From positions 1-44,971 of the forward strand of contig JBIJBE010000028.1 of NCBI GenBank assembly GCA_044345405.1: a stretch of DNA of 44,971 bases, read 5' to 3'. Position 1 is the stretch's first letter. The number at the start of each line of letters is the position of its first letter. Under the pieces are notes generated by a model, which was not told where the DNA came from, made no database searches, and worked only from the letters and a program-made list of their open reading frames with translations. Shown in pieces: positions 1 through 9,562 of the stretch. This DNA comes from Bdellovibrionota bacterium (GTDB taxonomy: Bacteria; Bdellovibrionota_C; UBA2361; OMII01). The position numbers and the translations under genes were made by a program.

Positions 1-853
1 TCGCCGACGCCTCACGTTTCGGATTCACGATCCAGTTAGCGTGAAGCTCTGAGATCATCGCGCCCCCGACCACAAATCCCTTCATCCCGATCCGCTCAAG
101 GAGCATCCCGGCAGGAAGGTCAGGTGATGGGTTCTTAAAAACAGATCCCGCCGAGGGAAGTGAAAGCGGCTGTCGAGCCCTTCTCTCCGCGAGGTTATGC
201 GCGCATCGCTCCGAGATCGTCGTTTTGTCCCCCTCTACGAGGGAGAGGCGAACCGAGGTAATAACGGCACCAACCGGCAATCCGGAGTGCCGATACCGCC
301 ACGGAAGCTCATCCCGACTCCACACAACACCCGCGCCATCGGCGAGCACGCCTCGAACCTCAACGATCCGAGAGCAGATCTCGCTCCCATGCGCGCCAGC
401 GTTCATAAAGACAGCGCCACCGATAGAAGCGGGAATACCCGCCGCGAATTCGAGCCCGGAAAGTCCGTCATCCGATAGCTTTCGAGCGAAACTCATCAGG
501 GGAACGGAACCAAACACCTCCAGCTCTCCCCGCGAGAGCGTATCCACACGCCGAAAGCCACTCCCTAATTTGATAATCCAGAGAGCGAGGGGCTCATCAC
601 CGAAGAGCACGTTACTTCCGTTACCGATAACCCGATACTCCTGCCCCTCTCGTGAGAGGAACGCCAGAACGTGCGACAACTCATCGGGACTCTCAACAGT
701 TACAACGGCGCGTACCATTCCACCGATGGCGAAGGTCGAAAGGGATGAACCTAGAACGCGCTCCCGGATCGGAGCCGTAACCAACCCCTGAACAACGGCG
801 ATTAGTCGCTCATCAAAGGGAACATTCGTGAGGGGTGCGCGCGCTACCGACAT
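1..853 (-). CDS. murB: UDP-N-acetylenolpyruvoylglucosamine reductase (3' end runs off the window)
   Basis: Not in the ORF track. Manual minus-strand translation from ATG 853 gives MSVARAP...STFAIGG...VIGNGSNVLF...LEFAAGIPASIGGAVFMNAGAHG...SAGSVFKNP, all MurB motifs; lies directly downstream of murC. Confidence 0.93.
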   Translation of the reverse strand, partial: MSVARAPLTNVPFDERLIAVVQGLVTAPIRERVLGSSLSTFAIGGMVRAVVTVESPDELSHVLAFLSREGQEYRVIGNGSNVLFGDEPLALWIIKLGSGFRRVDTLSRGELEVFGSVPLMSFARKLSDDGLSGLEFAAGIPASIGGAVFMNAGAHGSEICSRIVEVRGVLADGAGVVWSRDELPWRYRHSGLPVGAVITSVRLSLVEGDKTTISERCAHNLAERRARQPLSLPSAGSVFKNPSPDLPAGMLLERIGMKGFVVGGAMISELHANWIVNPKREASA

Positions 854-868
854 CTCCCTGCCCGTGAA

Positions 869-2302
869 TTACAGCCCCATGCCCGCGACAAGCGCTACGG
901 CCTCATCGACGGTAGCTTGCGGAAGTGGCGCCTCATCGAGCGCGGCGAGAAACTTCTCCGGCATCGAGCCAATGGATCCGGCGCCAAGGCACAACACGAG
1001 GTCACCAGCCCGGAGCTGCGGAACAAGCGCGGCGACTGAATTCTCAATCGCGGGAACAAACTCCTTTGATGGGTGAACAACGGCGTCAAAGAATCTCTCG
1101 CTCGTAATGCCAACGAGCGGCTTCTCACTCGCCGCGTAGATATCCGTGATCACCAGATGGTCGGTGTCGCCAAATACGGAGAGGAACTCATTCCAGCTCT
1201 GTTGTGTGCGGGAATACCGGTGTGGTTGAAACACGGTAAAGATGCGACCCTGAGAGCCGGCTCTGCACTCGCGAATGGCGCGCAAGGTAGCGCGAATCTC
1301 GGTCGGGTGGTGTCCGTAATCACTCATCACGGTAACGCCGGCGGCCTCACCGATCACCTCAAGACGACGCTTCACACCACCGAACGCGGCGAGCGCGCCG
1401 CGAATCGTCTCCACATCAACATTGAATTCCAATCCCACACCGATCGCCGCGAGGCAGTTCTGAACGAGGTGACGCCCCCACATCGGCAGGGTGAATCGAC
1501 CGAGGTTCTCGCCCTTGCGAACCACATCGAAGTGCATGCCGTGAAGGGTCGCCTCGATGTTCATCGCCTGGAGGTCCGCGTCAGGAGAGAATCCGTAGGT
1601 TAAGACACGTCGCTTTACGCTCGAAGCGATCTCACGAACCACCGGATCGTCGATACACAAGATAGCGAGCCCGTAAAATGGGACCGATTGCACAAATCGA
1701 TTGAAGGACTCCTCAAGATCTCGCCGTGAGCGGTAAGCGTTCATGTGCTCGTCATCGATATTTGTGACGATCGCGACGGTGGGTTTCAGCAAAAGGAAGC
1801 TTCGATCGCTCTCATCGGTCTCGGCTACAAGAAAGTCACCCTTTCCGAGACGGCCGCCCGTTCCGAGCGACTTAACCTGCCCACCGATCACAACGGTTGG
1901 ATCGAGATGCGCGGCGTCAAGAATCGCGCTCGTCATACTCGTGGTTGTTGTCTTACCGTGAGAACCGGCGACCCCTACTCCGTACTTGAGCCGCATAAGC
2001 TCAGCGAGCACCTCGGCGCGTCGAACGATCGGAAGTTTTCGTTTCTTAGCCTCACGAATCTCCGGATTCGTCCCGGTGATAGCGGAGGAGTACACGACAA
2101 GGGAAGCTGATTGCGGGATGTTAGAAGCCGCGTGTCCGATGAACACCTGCGCGCCGAGCTGCTCAAGTCGCCGAGAGACATCGGATGCCTTCACATCGGA
2201 ACCCGAGACCTTAAATCCGGAGGTAAGAAGGATCTCGGCCAATCCAGACATCCCCGATCCGCCGATACCGATGAAGTGAAAGTGTAGCCCCGGATTGTAC
2301 AT
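869..2302 (-). CDS. murC: UDP-N-acetylmuramate--L-alanine ligase
   Basis: HFIGIGGSGMSGLA, GSHGKTTTT, ETDESDRSF, DYGHHPTEI and VFQPHRYSRT motifs. Confidence 0.97.
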   Translation of the reverse strand: MYNPGLHFHFIGIGGSGMSGLAEILLTSGFKVSGSDVKASDVSRRLEQLGAQVFIGHAASNIPQSASLVVYSSAITGTNPEIREAKKRKLPIVRRAEVLAELMRLKYGVGVAGSHGKTTTTSMTSAILDAAHLDPTVVIGGQVKSLGTGGRLGKGDFLVAETDESDRSFLLLKPTVAIVTNIDDEHMNAYRSRRDLEESFNRFVQSVPFYGLAILCIDDPVVREIASSVKRRVLTYGFSPDADLQAMNIEATLHGMHFDVVRKGENLGRFTLPMWGRHLVQNCLAAIGVGLEFNVDVETIRGALAAFGGVKRRLEVIGEAAGVTVMSDYGHHPTEIRATLRAIRECRAGSQGRIFTVFQPHRYSRTQQSWNEFLSVFGDTDHLVITDIYAASEKPLVGITSERFFDAVVHPSKEFVPAIENSVAALVPQLRAGDLVLCLGAGSIGSMPEKFLAALDEAPLPQATVDEAVALVAGMGL

Positions 2303-2400
2303 GATTCCCTACTGCTCTACGAAATGACGTCACAGAGGTATCATAGAGGAGCACCTCATGGAAGAATTGACCGCGCTCGGGGAGCTTTATTCAAGCTGAA

Positions 2401-2634
2401 CTACCTCCCCATCAGCCGCTGCACCAACCACGCGATCATACTCACAATAACGCTCACCACGAGCATCGACACGATCGGCGCGTAGACGAAGGTCCGCTCC
2501 CCCTCTATCCGAATATCCCCAGGGAGGTGGCCGAACCACGAGTACAACCACGGGACCCGTTGAGCGCCCCATGCGACCACGCCGAGCAGAACGATACTAA
2601 AACCGATAATGATCAAGGTCTTGGGAAGTTCCAT
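2401..2634 (-). CDS. DUF2905-family small membrane protein
   Basis: Two hydrophobic helices around WFGHLPGDIRIE...FVYAPIVSML. ATG 2634 preferred over GTG 2643. Confidence 0.85.
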   Translation of the reverse strand: MELPKTLIIIGFSIVLLGVVAWGAQRVPWLYSWFGHLPGDIRIEGERTFVYAPIVSMLVVSVIVSMIAWLVQRLMGR

Positions 2635-2718
2635 AGTTTTCACCCTCCCGCTGTTGCGCCGGGAGGCTCTATCCTGCCATTATTACTCACGTTGTAGCCT
2701 TCTCTGGTATGTCACTGC

Positions 2719-3090
2719 GTGGGTGTTAACCTTTCAGAAATCGTGGTCATCTTCTTGGTAGCGCTCGTCCTCTTCGGACCTGAGCAGCTCCCTGTGCTCG
2801 CTCGAACCCTCGGCAAGCTCACCGGCCAGGTGAAGCGAACATCGGACTCTCTCCGAAGGGAATTCTACAACTCGGTCTACACACCCGGTCAAGACGCTCG
2901 CAACGCGTTCAACGGTGAGTTCCAAGCCCTTAGAAGCCTCAAGACAGAGATCCTCTCACCCCCGACCGGCGCCGTGGGAACCTCCTCTCGGCCCCTTGCT
3001 ACCGAGAGAGCACCCGAGGAACCATCGTCACAACCATCCACTCCGAACGACGCCCCGCCAGCCGACGCGACCCGGATTGAAAACGCATGA
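2719..3090 (+). CDS. tatB: Twin-arginine translocase subunit TatB (TatA/B family)
   Basis: N-terminal TM EIVVIFLVALVLFGPEQLP plus amphipathic helix; ATGA overlap with tatC. Confidence 0.85.
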   Translation: MGVNLSEIVVIFLVALVLFGPEQLPVLARTLGKLTGQVKRTSDSLRREFYNSVYTPGQDARNAFNGEFQALRSLKTEILSPPTGAVGTSSRPLATERAPEEPSSQPSTPNDAPPADATRIENA

Positions 3091-3872
3091 GGGAGTACGA
3101 TCCGAACCACAACAAGATGCACCTGATGGAGCACCTGCGGGAGCTCCGGAAGCGTCTCGTGATCTCGTTTCTCCTCATCACTATAGGAGCGGTGGGAGCG
3201 TACTGCTACGCGGGAGAGATCTTCGAGATACTCTGCGCCCCCTATTTCCTAGCTTTTCCGAATAGCCCCCTGATCGGAACCTCCCCGACCGAGGCGTGGA
3301 TACTCAAACTCAAGGTCTCTGTGGTCGCTGGAGCTTTCCTGATGTCTCCAGCGCTCTTCTACCAACTCTGGCTTTTCATCGCGCCCGGTCTCTACTCCCA
3401 TGAGCGACGACTGGTACTTCCCTTCGTATTCTTGAGTACAACGCTCTTTCTCGGAGGCGCTATCTTTTGCTACCTCTCCGTACTCCCGTTGAGCTACGCC
3501 TTCTTCCACGAGGAGTTCAAATCTATCGGCGTGACCCCAACGATCCGCATCGGCGACCAGATCTCGATGACCCTCACGACCGTCGTTGGATTTGGGGCCG
3601 TCTTTGAGTTACCACTTGTCACCTACTTTCTCGCCCGAGTCGGCGTCGTCGATCACACAATCCTTCTTCGATTCTTCCGGCACGCCGTTGTGGGAATCTT
3701 CCTGATCGCCGCGATCATCACACCGCCGGATGTCTTCACGCAGTTTTTGATGGCGGTGCCCCTAACCGTTCTCTACGCGATCAGCATCGGAATTGCGTAC
3801 CTGGTCACTAAGAAGCGGCCTGAGGGCGAACTTTCGCTTGAGACGTCACAAGCGCCATCCTCGGTGTCGTAG
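3087..3872 (+). CDS. tatC: Twin-arginine translocase subunit TatC
   Basis: MHLMEHLRELRKRL, YQLWLFIAPGLY, FELP and AAIITPPD motifs; multiple TM segments. Confidence 0.96.
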   Translation: MREYDPNHNKMHLMEHLRELRKRLVISFLLITIGAVGAYCYAGEIFEILCAPYFLAFPNSPLIGTSPTEAWILKLKVSVVAGAFLMSPALFYQLWLFIAPGLYSHERRLVLPFVFLSTTLFLGGAIFCYLSVLPLSYAFFHEEFKSIGVTPTIRIGDQISMTLTTVVGFGAVFELPLVTYFLARVGVVDHTILLRFFRHAVVGIFLIAAIITPPDVFTQFLMAVPLTVLYAISIGIAYLVTKKRPEGELSLETSQAPSSVS

Positions 3873-4094
3873 TCGCACACGTACACGCCCCCAAAGTAGC
3901 CCTATTGACGTCTCTGTTGGGTTTGGGGAGTCCTTGACCGGAAGCGCCCATCGGACCGGTTCGTTTGCGTGCACCGCTACGTAGGAACAGGCACTTAAAC
4001 CTAAAAACAACATGTTGCTAATTCTCATCCCCCTCCGCCATTCCCTCCTCTGGTCAGAGGTGGAAAATAAAAGCGGCCCCACAGCACCCTTACC

Positions 4095-4122
4095 TCAAGG
4101 GAATGCGTAGAAAAGCCGCTAG
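4095..4122 (+). promoter_or_regulatory. Putative sigma28 (FliA)-type promoter for the HDOD-like gene
   Basis: TCAAG-N15-GCCGCTAG, ~35 nt upstream of ATG 4158; resembles TAAA/TCAAG-N15-GCCGATAA. Confidence 0.4.
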
Positions 4123-4157
4123 CAACTAGGTGGTAACGGCAGGACAGCTATAGGTCT

Positions 4158-5144
4158 ATGAACAGAATGGACGAATTACACGACGAGAGTTGGAGTCACG
4201 CGTACTCCATCGTTCGCGCTACAGCTCGCATCCCGACCAACCTCCCGCACCTGGTGCGAGCATGCTGGAACGATCTTGTTTCTCCCACAGAATTTGTGCG
4301 ACTTCTGGCGAGCCCCGGCCTTCCACTCCGTAGCCTCCTCCGCGCTGCGAATCTTCCCCAACTTAACGACTCGATTAAACAACCAGAGCTCGCGGCAGCT
4401 GTAGATATCCTCGGAGTCAAAGCGTCGGCGCTTATCCTCGCCATCAATTGCATCTGCGAGAGAACCCTCGATTCAGGGCCCGCAACGAAGGTGTGGTCAC
4501 CCCTTTTTAAGGATATGATGTCGGAGATCGAGATCGGATACCACCTCGGGTTGAGCGTTGGTCGAGTGGGACACGAACAGGGGATGTTGGTAGGATTCTC
4601 TCGCTTGGCGGGACTCGCGCTCCTTCTCATCAAAGACCAGAAAACGTTCGGCGTCTGGTACGAAAACACGAAGGGTGACTCAACAGACAGACAGGAGACC
4701 GCCCTGGCGTTTGGGTGCGAACCGTATCAGGTTAGCTCGATACTGATGCAACACCTCGGGCTCGGCACCGAGGTAGCGCTCGCGACCGCCTCGACCCTTG
4801 CTGGTGGAGATACGACGATCATCGAGGCGCAACCAACGATGCAGACGTGGCGGGCTACTTACCACTGGCTCCACGCGCTGAAAAACGGCGAGGAATCGCC
4901 GTCATGTGATATCGCCCGAGAAACCTTCTCAGAGTTGTGCGTGCCCCATGATAGACAACGCGTTCCAGAACACCTCTCGATGCTGCGCGAACAGGTCGCC
5001 GAGGTGAGAGAGGCGCAGTCTCTATGGACCTGGCACCTCCCATACGCAACCTACGAGGAAACCGCACAGGCGATCGTGTACCGGGTGAACTCAAACGCAA
5101 ACGGAACCACCTGGACGAAGGGATTGGTCCAGCCGGGCCGCTAG
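4158..5144 (+). CDS. Divergent HDOD-like helical domain protein
   Basis: AAAVDILGVK, GMLVGFSRLAGLALLL (at the AGLLHDIGKLVL position) and ETALAFGCEPYQVSSILMQHLGL (at the E..FG.DH..VG..L...W.LP position) follow the HDOD layout; the HD pair is absent. Confidence 0.55.
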   Translation: MNRMDELHDESWSHAYSIVRATARIPTNLPHLVRACWNDLVSPTEFVRLLASPGLPLRSLLRAANLPQLNDSIKQPELAAAVDILGVKASALILAINCICERTLDSGPATKVWSPLFKDMMSEIEIGYHLGLSVGRVGHEQGMLVGFSRLAGLALLLIKDQKTFGVWYENTKGDSTDRQETALAFGCEPYQVSSILMQHLGLGTEVALATASTLAGGDTTIIEAQPTMQTWRATYHWLHALKNGEESPSCDIARETFSELCVPHDRQRVPEHLSMLREQVAEVREAQSLWTWHLPYATYEETAQAIVYRVNSNANGTTWTKGLVQPGR

Positions 5145-5370
5145 CAAATTCTTCGAACTGGTCCGGGCACGACCACGAAGCAACACAAAAGGACAAGGAA
5201 ACTGGACATATACGGCCAGGCCGCGTGCGCATCGAGTACATGCACCTGCGAATGCGCCAATCGTGCGCCCCTTTCAGCGCCTCTCGAAACACACGAACGC
5301 TCACCATCGACAAGGCACCTGTTGGCTCGGGGACTACGAGATTCTCGCTTCGAAATATAAATTTGTTTTG

Positions 5371-5400
5371 TTGACGCAAACGATCGCCATCACGCACAAT
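5371..5400 (+). promoter_or_regulatory. Putative sigma70 promoter with AT-rich UP-like element
   Basis: TTGACG-N18-CACAAT preceded by aaatataaatttgttttg; no plausible CDS before the terminator at 5501. Confidence 0.5.
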
Positions 5401-5406
5401 AAGGAT

Positions 5407-5537
5407 AGGTCGTGACTTGTAGGGACCGGTCATTAAATCCCTCCCCATGTACTTAGCTTCCCTAATGGCCGGGCACTAAAAGTAAACGAACCGACACTGG
5501 GGCACTTACCTGGAGACAGGTAAGTGCCGTTTTTTTT
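5407..5537 (+). ncRNA. Candidate small regulatory RNA (~130 nt)
   Basis: Promoter upstream; stem CCGGTCATTA (5426-5435)/TAATGGCCGG (5463-5472) closes a C-rich loop containing TCCCTCCCC; ends in an intrinsic terminator. Confidence 0.5.
5501..5537 (+). terminator. Rho-independent terminator
   Basis: Perfect 12-bp stem GGCACTTACCTG/CAGGTAAGTGCC, GAGA tetraloop, then G and T8. Confidence 0.88.
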
Positions 5538-5604
5538 GCCCTTGCGCCTCGATTCTCACCTTTTACCTTTTTCCCCAATCGCGCGAGTTCGCTACAATGC
5601 AGGG

Positions 5605-6633
5605 ATGCGAAATCTCAATAAAACACACGCGCTCTCTCATCTTGCCGAGCAGATCAGCGCAAAGATCCTCGGGAGCGACTCACTCGCCATCTCCGGCCTC
5701 TGCTCCCTTGAAAATCCATTACCAAACTCTATCACCTTTATTCGAAGCGAATCGAAGGAAGCCGTGCAACGCGCCCTTGCTAATGTTCCGGCGACCACAG
5801 CGGTGATCGTACCAGAGTCCGTAGCGCCAACCAGCGCTCTCCCAGAGGCTGCGCCACTTCTCCTCGTAAAAGAGAGCTTTCCGGCCTTTCTTAACCTCAT
5901 TCCGTTCTTCTTCGCTGAGGAGCGTCCACCCGTAGGAATCCATGCGACAGCGCAGATCGATCCCACCGCCTCGATTGGCGAGGGAGCCTCCATCGGCGCC
6001 TTCGTTTCGGTCGGTGCCCGGTGCTGTGTTGGCAAGAACGTCACGCTGCATTGCCACGCGCGACTCTCTGAGGATGTAACAATCGGAGATGATGTAACCC
6101 TCTTCAGCGGTGTCTCGGTCCGTAACGGCACTCAGATCAAGGATCGCGTAACGATCCACGACAACTCAGTCATCGGGGCGGATGGATTCGGCTACACACC
6201 GGATCCGAAACTCGGCCTCCGAAAGGTGCCACAACTCGGAAACGTCATCATCGAGAGCGACGTTGAGATCGGAGCGAACACATGCGTTGATCGGGGCGCG
6301 TTCGGCCCAACCGTCATCGGACGCGGGACGAAGATAGATAACCTCTGTCAAATTGGACATAACGTCACGCTCGGTAACTTCTCTATCGTGTGCGGCGCGT
6401 CCGCTATCGGAGGCAGTACCAAGATCGGAGACGGCGTGGTTCTGGGCGGAAAATCCGGCGTAGCCGATCACCTTACGCTGGTGAGCGGAGTTCGCGTCGG
6501 AGGTGGGTCGGGAGTGATCAACTCCCTCACAGAGCCGGGTGACTACATGGGTTTCCCAGCTATTAAAGCAACCGATTGGCGACGGGTGCAAGTAACGTTA
6601 CGCAACACCACCCGTGGAGCACGAAAGAGATAG
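5605..6633 (+). CDS. lpxD: UDP-3-O-(3-hydroxyacyl)glucosamine N-acyltransferase
   Basis: Hexapeptide repeats, [46 protein letters not shown]. Start moved from GTG 5524 (inside the terminator) to ATG 5605. Confidence 0.95.
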   Translation: MRNLNKTHALSHLAEQISAKILGSDSLAISGLCSLENPLPNSITFIRSESKEAVQRALANVPATTAVIVPESVAPTSALPEAAPLLLVKESFPAFLNLIPFFFAEERPPVGIHATAQIDPTASIGEGASIGAFVSVGARCCVGKNVTLHCHARLSEDVTIGDDVTLFSGVSVRNGTQIKDRVTIHDNSVIGADGFGYTPDPKLGLRKVPQLGNVIIESDVEIGANTCVDRGAFGPTVIGRGTKIDNLCQIGHNVTLGNFSIVCGASAIGGSTKIGDGVVLGGKSGVADHLTLVSGVRVGGGSGVINSLTEPGDYMGFPAIKATDWRRVQVTLRNTTRGARKR

Positions 6634-6673
6634 CCCGTTACCAACACCGGTGACATAGGAGAACCACATCACC

Positions 6674-8254
6674 ATGAGCGCCCAGAGATTCACACTACGA
6701 ACATTCGCCCCCTCACTGTGCTCCCTCGCGCTCCTCCTGAGCACGGTTGGATGCGATTCGCAAACGGCTGAACAAGCAGCCCCTGCGCCGATTAAGGTGC
6801 ACAACATCCGGATGCTGTATCCCCCAGAAACACGGGGCGTCATCATGGGCGCGATCGAACGGTTCAACGCAAAAAACATCGCTCTATCTAACGGCTCGGT
6901 CGCACGTCTCACCGGAGCATCCTTCGACGACTACGCGGCGACCGGAAAGATAGGAACGCCATCCCTCGAGACCTCCCTCTGGATTCCCCCGTTCTCACCA
7001 CTGTCTGCAGAGGCACTCCCTCAAACCGACCGTGAGATTAGCGGGTGTGTTCCTCTCATGAGCACCCGGCTCGGAGTCACGGTGCGTCCGATCGATACCT
7101 TCGTCCTCCCATCAGACAAAGAGAAGCTCTCCATTACCTCACTCCTTACACCACAAGAGGGAGCGAATCGACCTCAGCCAGCGATCATCGTCGGCGCGCC
7201 CCGCTTCGCCTCCTCGGGGCTCCTGGCGGCGCTTCTAACTACAGCGGAGGCTTCGAAGACACCCCTCGAACAACTCTCTCCTCAAGCGATCTCCTCTAAC
7301 GCACCCACGCTAGCAAAAGTTCAGGAGCGGGTTCGTAACTATTTCGTTAACGATGACAACGCCCTTGAGTGGCTCGCGAACCGCCAAGGAGGAGAACCTC
7401 TTGAGGTCATTACGACGGAACAAGCTGTACGGTCCTTCAAAGGCTACCATCCCTCAGCGGCCCTAGAGTGGTTCCCGTTCACCTCGCCGGGAGCCTCCCT
7501 CGACTATCCGCTCTGCGATGTTACATCAAAGAACGACAGTCCAGATGACCTCGAAGCCGCTAAACTCGCGCGGACCTTCTTCTCAACCGATGAATTTAAG
7601 AGCCTGATTGCACCTGTGGGATTCTCCGCACCGCTACCAGCTAGCAGTACCCCTCAGGAAAACCTGGCGGCCGCCATCCGGCAGCTTCTCTCCACATGGG
7701 CACAGATCCGCCGCCCATCAAGCACGGTATTCGTGGTAGATACCTCGATCAAAACAGACCTAACGAACATGGAGACGATCCGGCGCGAGCTCTCCCTCTT
7801 TGTCGATCGGAGACCCTCTAAGGATGACACCGTCGCGCTCGTAAGCGCCTCCTCAGACCCGGACGTTTTGCGCGAGCCGGAAACAGACCCAGAGCTCCTC
7901 AAACTCTCGATCTCTCGGCTCACCACCGCTGGCGGCAACGCGATTCGGGACGGCATAAGGACCGCTTTCAATATCTTTGAAGACACCTCCTCAACGAATT
8001 ACCGCCGCTCCGTGGTGGTCTTCACATCAGCGAAGGACACCTCATCGCAAACAACGATCGATCAACTCACCAACCGCGCGAGCCAGCTTGTCGGACGAAA
8101 GAACGTCGATCTCTTCGTTATCGCGATCGGCGGCTCGGAGCAGGATTTCGGAGAGCTTCCGGCGGTCACGAGAAAGGTCGGTGGAACCTTTGTGTTGACC
8201 GATATCCCATCACTTCCAGGAAAGTTTTACGCGATTGGGCGGAGGGTTCAGTAG
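6674..8254 (+). CDS. Lipoprotein with solute-binding-like domain and C-terminal VWA domain
   Basis: Signal peptide with lipobox TVGC; SSGLLA, TTEQAV and LDYP motifs of SBP-VWA proteins; VWA segment VFVVDTS...GGNAIRDGI...VVVFT...LFVIAIG. Confidence 0.7.
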   Translation: MSAQRFTLRTFAPSLCSLALLLSTVGCDSQTAEQAAPAPIKVHNIRMLYPPETRGVIMGAIERFNAKNIALSNGSVARLTGASFDDYAATGKIGTPSLETSLWIPPFSPLSAEALPQTDREISGCVPLMSTRLGVTVRPIDTFVLPSDKEKLSITSLLTPQEGANRPQPAIIVGAPRFASSGLLAALLTTAEASKTPLEQLSPQAISSNAPTLAKVQERVRNYFVNDDNALEWLANRQGGEPLEVITTEQAVRSFKGYHPSAALEWFPFTSPGASLDYPLCDVTSKNDSPDDLEAAKLARTFFSTDEFKSLIAPVGFSAPLPASSTPQENLAAAIRQLLSTWAQIRRPSSTVFVVDTSIKTDLTNMETIRRELSLFVDRRPSKDDTVALVSASSDPDVLREPETDPELLKLSISRLTTAGGNAIRDGIRTAFNIFEDTSSTNYRRSVVVFTSAKDTSSQTTIDQLTNRASQLVGRKNVDLFVIAIGGSEQDFGELPAVTRKVGGTFVLTDIPSLPGKFYAIGRRVQ

Positions 8255-8357
8255 AGCTATTGCCGCTCCGCTGCCAAACCGTTCTCGATAAACCGGCGGG
8301 CACGTGTCCACACGCGCCCTCGGGGGAAGTGCGCGAGCCCACCATTCAAATGGTCAG

Positions 8358-9260
8358 CTATCGACCAATATACTCCGCGACCCTCTTCTCAAAACCACTC
8401 ATTCCGTCGTGGTATACAACGTAAGAACACGGGTCTCCATTCTTCAGTCGTCGCGCGACGAAATGGTCGCCATCTTTATCAACGGCATAGATCACGACCT
8501 GCCCCTGGTATCCACCTTTGAGGCCGGAGAGATCCTCCATGCCCTCAGCGACCGCGTCCCGAACTGAGGCGCCTTTTTTCATATAGAGCACAACGCTTCG
8601 AGCGAGCGAGGTGCGAATCGCGTTCTCACCACAGTGCGTGCACGCGGCGCCACCGTATCGACTATCAACGTACAATCCGGCACCGATAACGGGGGAGTCT
8701 CCGAGACGGCCTGGATATTTGAAATCCCACCCAGAGGTGCTAATCCCACCAGCCATAGATCCCGATTGATTTCGCACGAGGCTAATCACCGTGCCGTGAC
8801 ACCCCTTTCCCTCCTCGTGATTAAAGAGATCAAGAACCTCCTTGAACGGATTCCGTTGCTTCCACTCCTCAAATGCGGCATTCGATTCCGGCGAGAGGAG
8901 ATCGGATTCTGAGAAACCACATTCAAGGGCAAATTGCTTAGCCCCAGCGCCAACGAGCATCACATGAGGAAGCCTTTTCATCAGCTCTCGGGTAACGCTG
9001 ATCGGATGCATAATGCCCTCGAGAGCACCAACGGCGGCGGTCTCTAAGGTATCCCCATCCATCAACGAGGCATCCAGCTGCATAACGCCGAGCGCGTTTG
9101 GAAGGCCTCCGTACCCAACGGTACGAACGGAACTCTCAAGCTCAACGAGCTTTATACTCTCCTCAATAACATCGAAATTTTCGGCGCCATTTTGCAAGAG
9201 ATGAGCCGCTCGCTCGATCCCTGGCCATCCCTCACCGTTCATGATGACTATTCGCTTCAT
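8358..9260 (-). CDS. Ntn-hydrolase asparaginase-2 family protein (glycosylasparaginase / isoaspartyl peptidase)
   Basis: VGYGGLPN, QLDASLMDG, HG/TVISL autocleavage Thr, STSG, PGRLGDSP and T.CGE motifs; GAGGT RBS before ATG 9260. Confidence 0.9.
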   Translation of the reverse strand: MKRIVIMNGEGWPGIERAAHLLQNGAENFDVIEESIKLVELESSVRTVGYGGLPNALGVMQLDASLMDGDTLETAAVGALEGIMHPISVTRELMKRLPHVMLVGAGAKQFALECGFSESDLLSPESNAAFEEWKQRNPFKEVLDLFNHEEGKGCHGTVISLVRNQSGSMAGGISTSGWDFKYPGRLGDSPVIGAGLYVDSRYGGAACTHCGENAIRTSLARSVVLYMKKGASVRDAVAEGMEDLSGLKGGYQGQVVIYAVDKDGDHFVARRLKNGDPCSYVVYHDGMSGFEKRVAEYIGR

Positions 9261-9515
9261 GGTGCACCTCATGTTTCACTCTGTACACCGTTTATATCCC
9301 AACTGCTTCCGCCCTGCAGTGGGCAAGTTATCTCCCACGGGGCTGAGGGCGTCCCAACCAAAACAGCCGACAAGACCGGACAGGGCTGACATCCCTGGAG
9401 CCTTTTCCGGCCCGTGTGGATACGGGACCTCCGGGTCTCATGTGATGAAGTGGCATCCAGAAGGGCCGCCCACCATACACCCTCCGGATGGAGCACCTCC
9501 GCCGGACACAACACG

Positions 9516-9562
9516 GCGGTCAGTATCCCCCTCCGCGAAGCTCCGGGGGATAAGCTGACCGC
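9516..9562. repeat. Strong GC-rich palindrome downstream of birA
   Basis: GCGGTCAG-TATCCCCC ... GGGGGATA-AG-CTGACCGC; no U-tract on either side. Confidence 0.6.

Noticed and set aside
197-791. Plus-strand ORFs 197-478 and 225-791
   Set aside because: Antisense shadows of murB, which is clear on the minus strand.
4855-5448. 197-aa minus ORF and 116-aa plus ORF (5024-5374)
   Set aside because: They overlap the HDOD-like gene and the sRNA promoter, and show no recognisable motifs.
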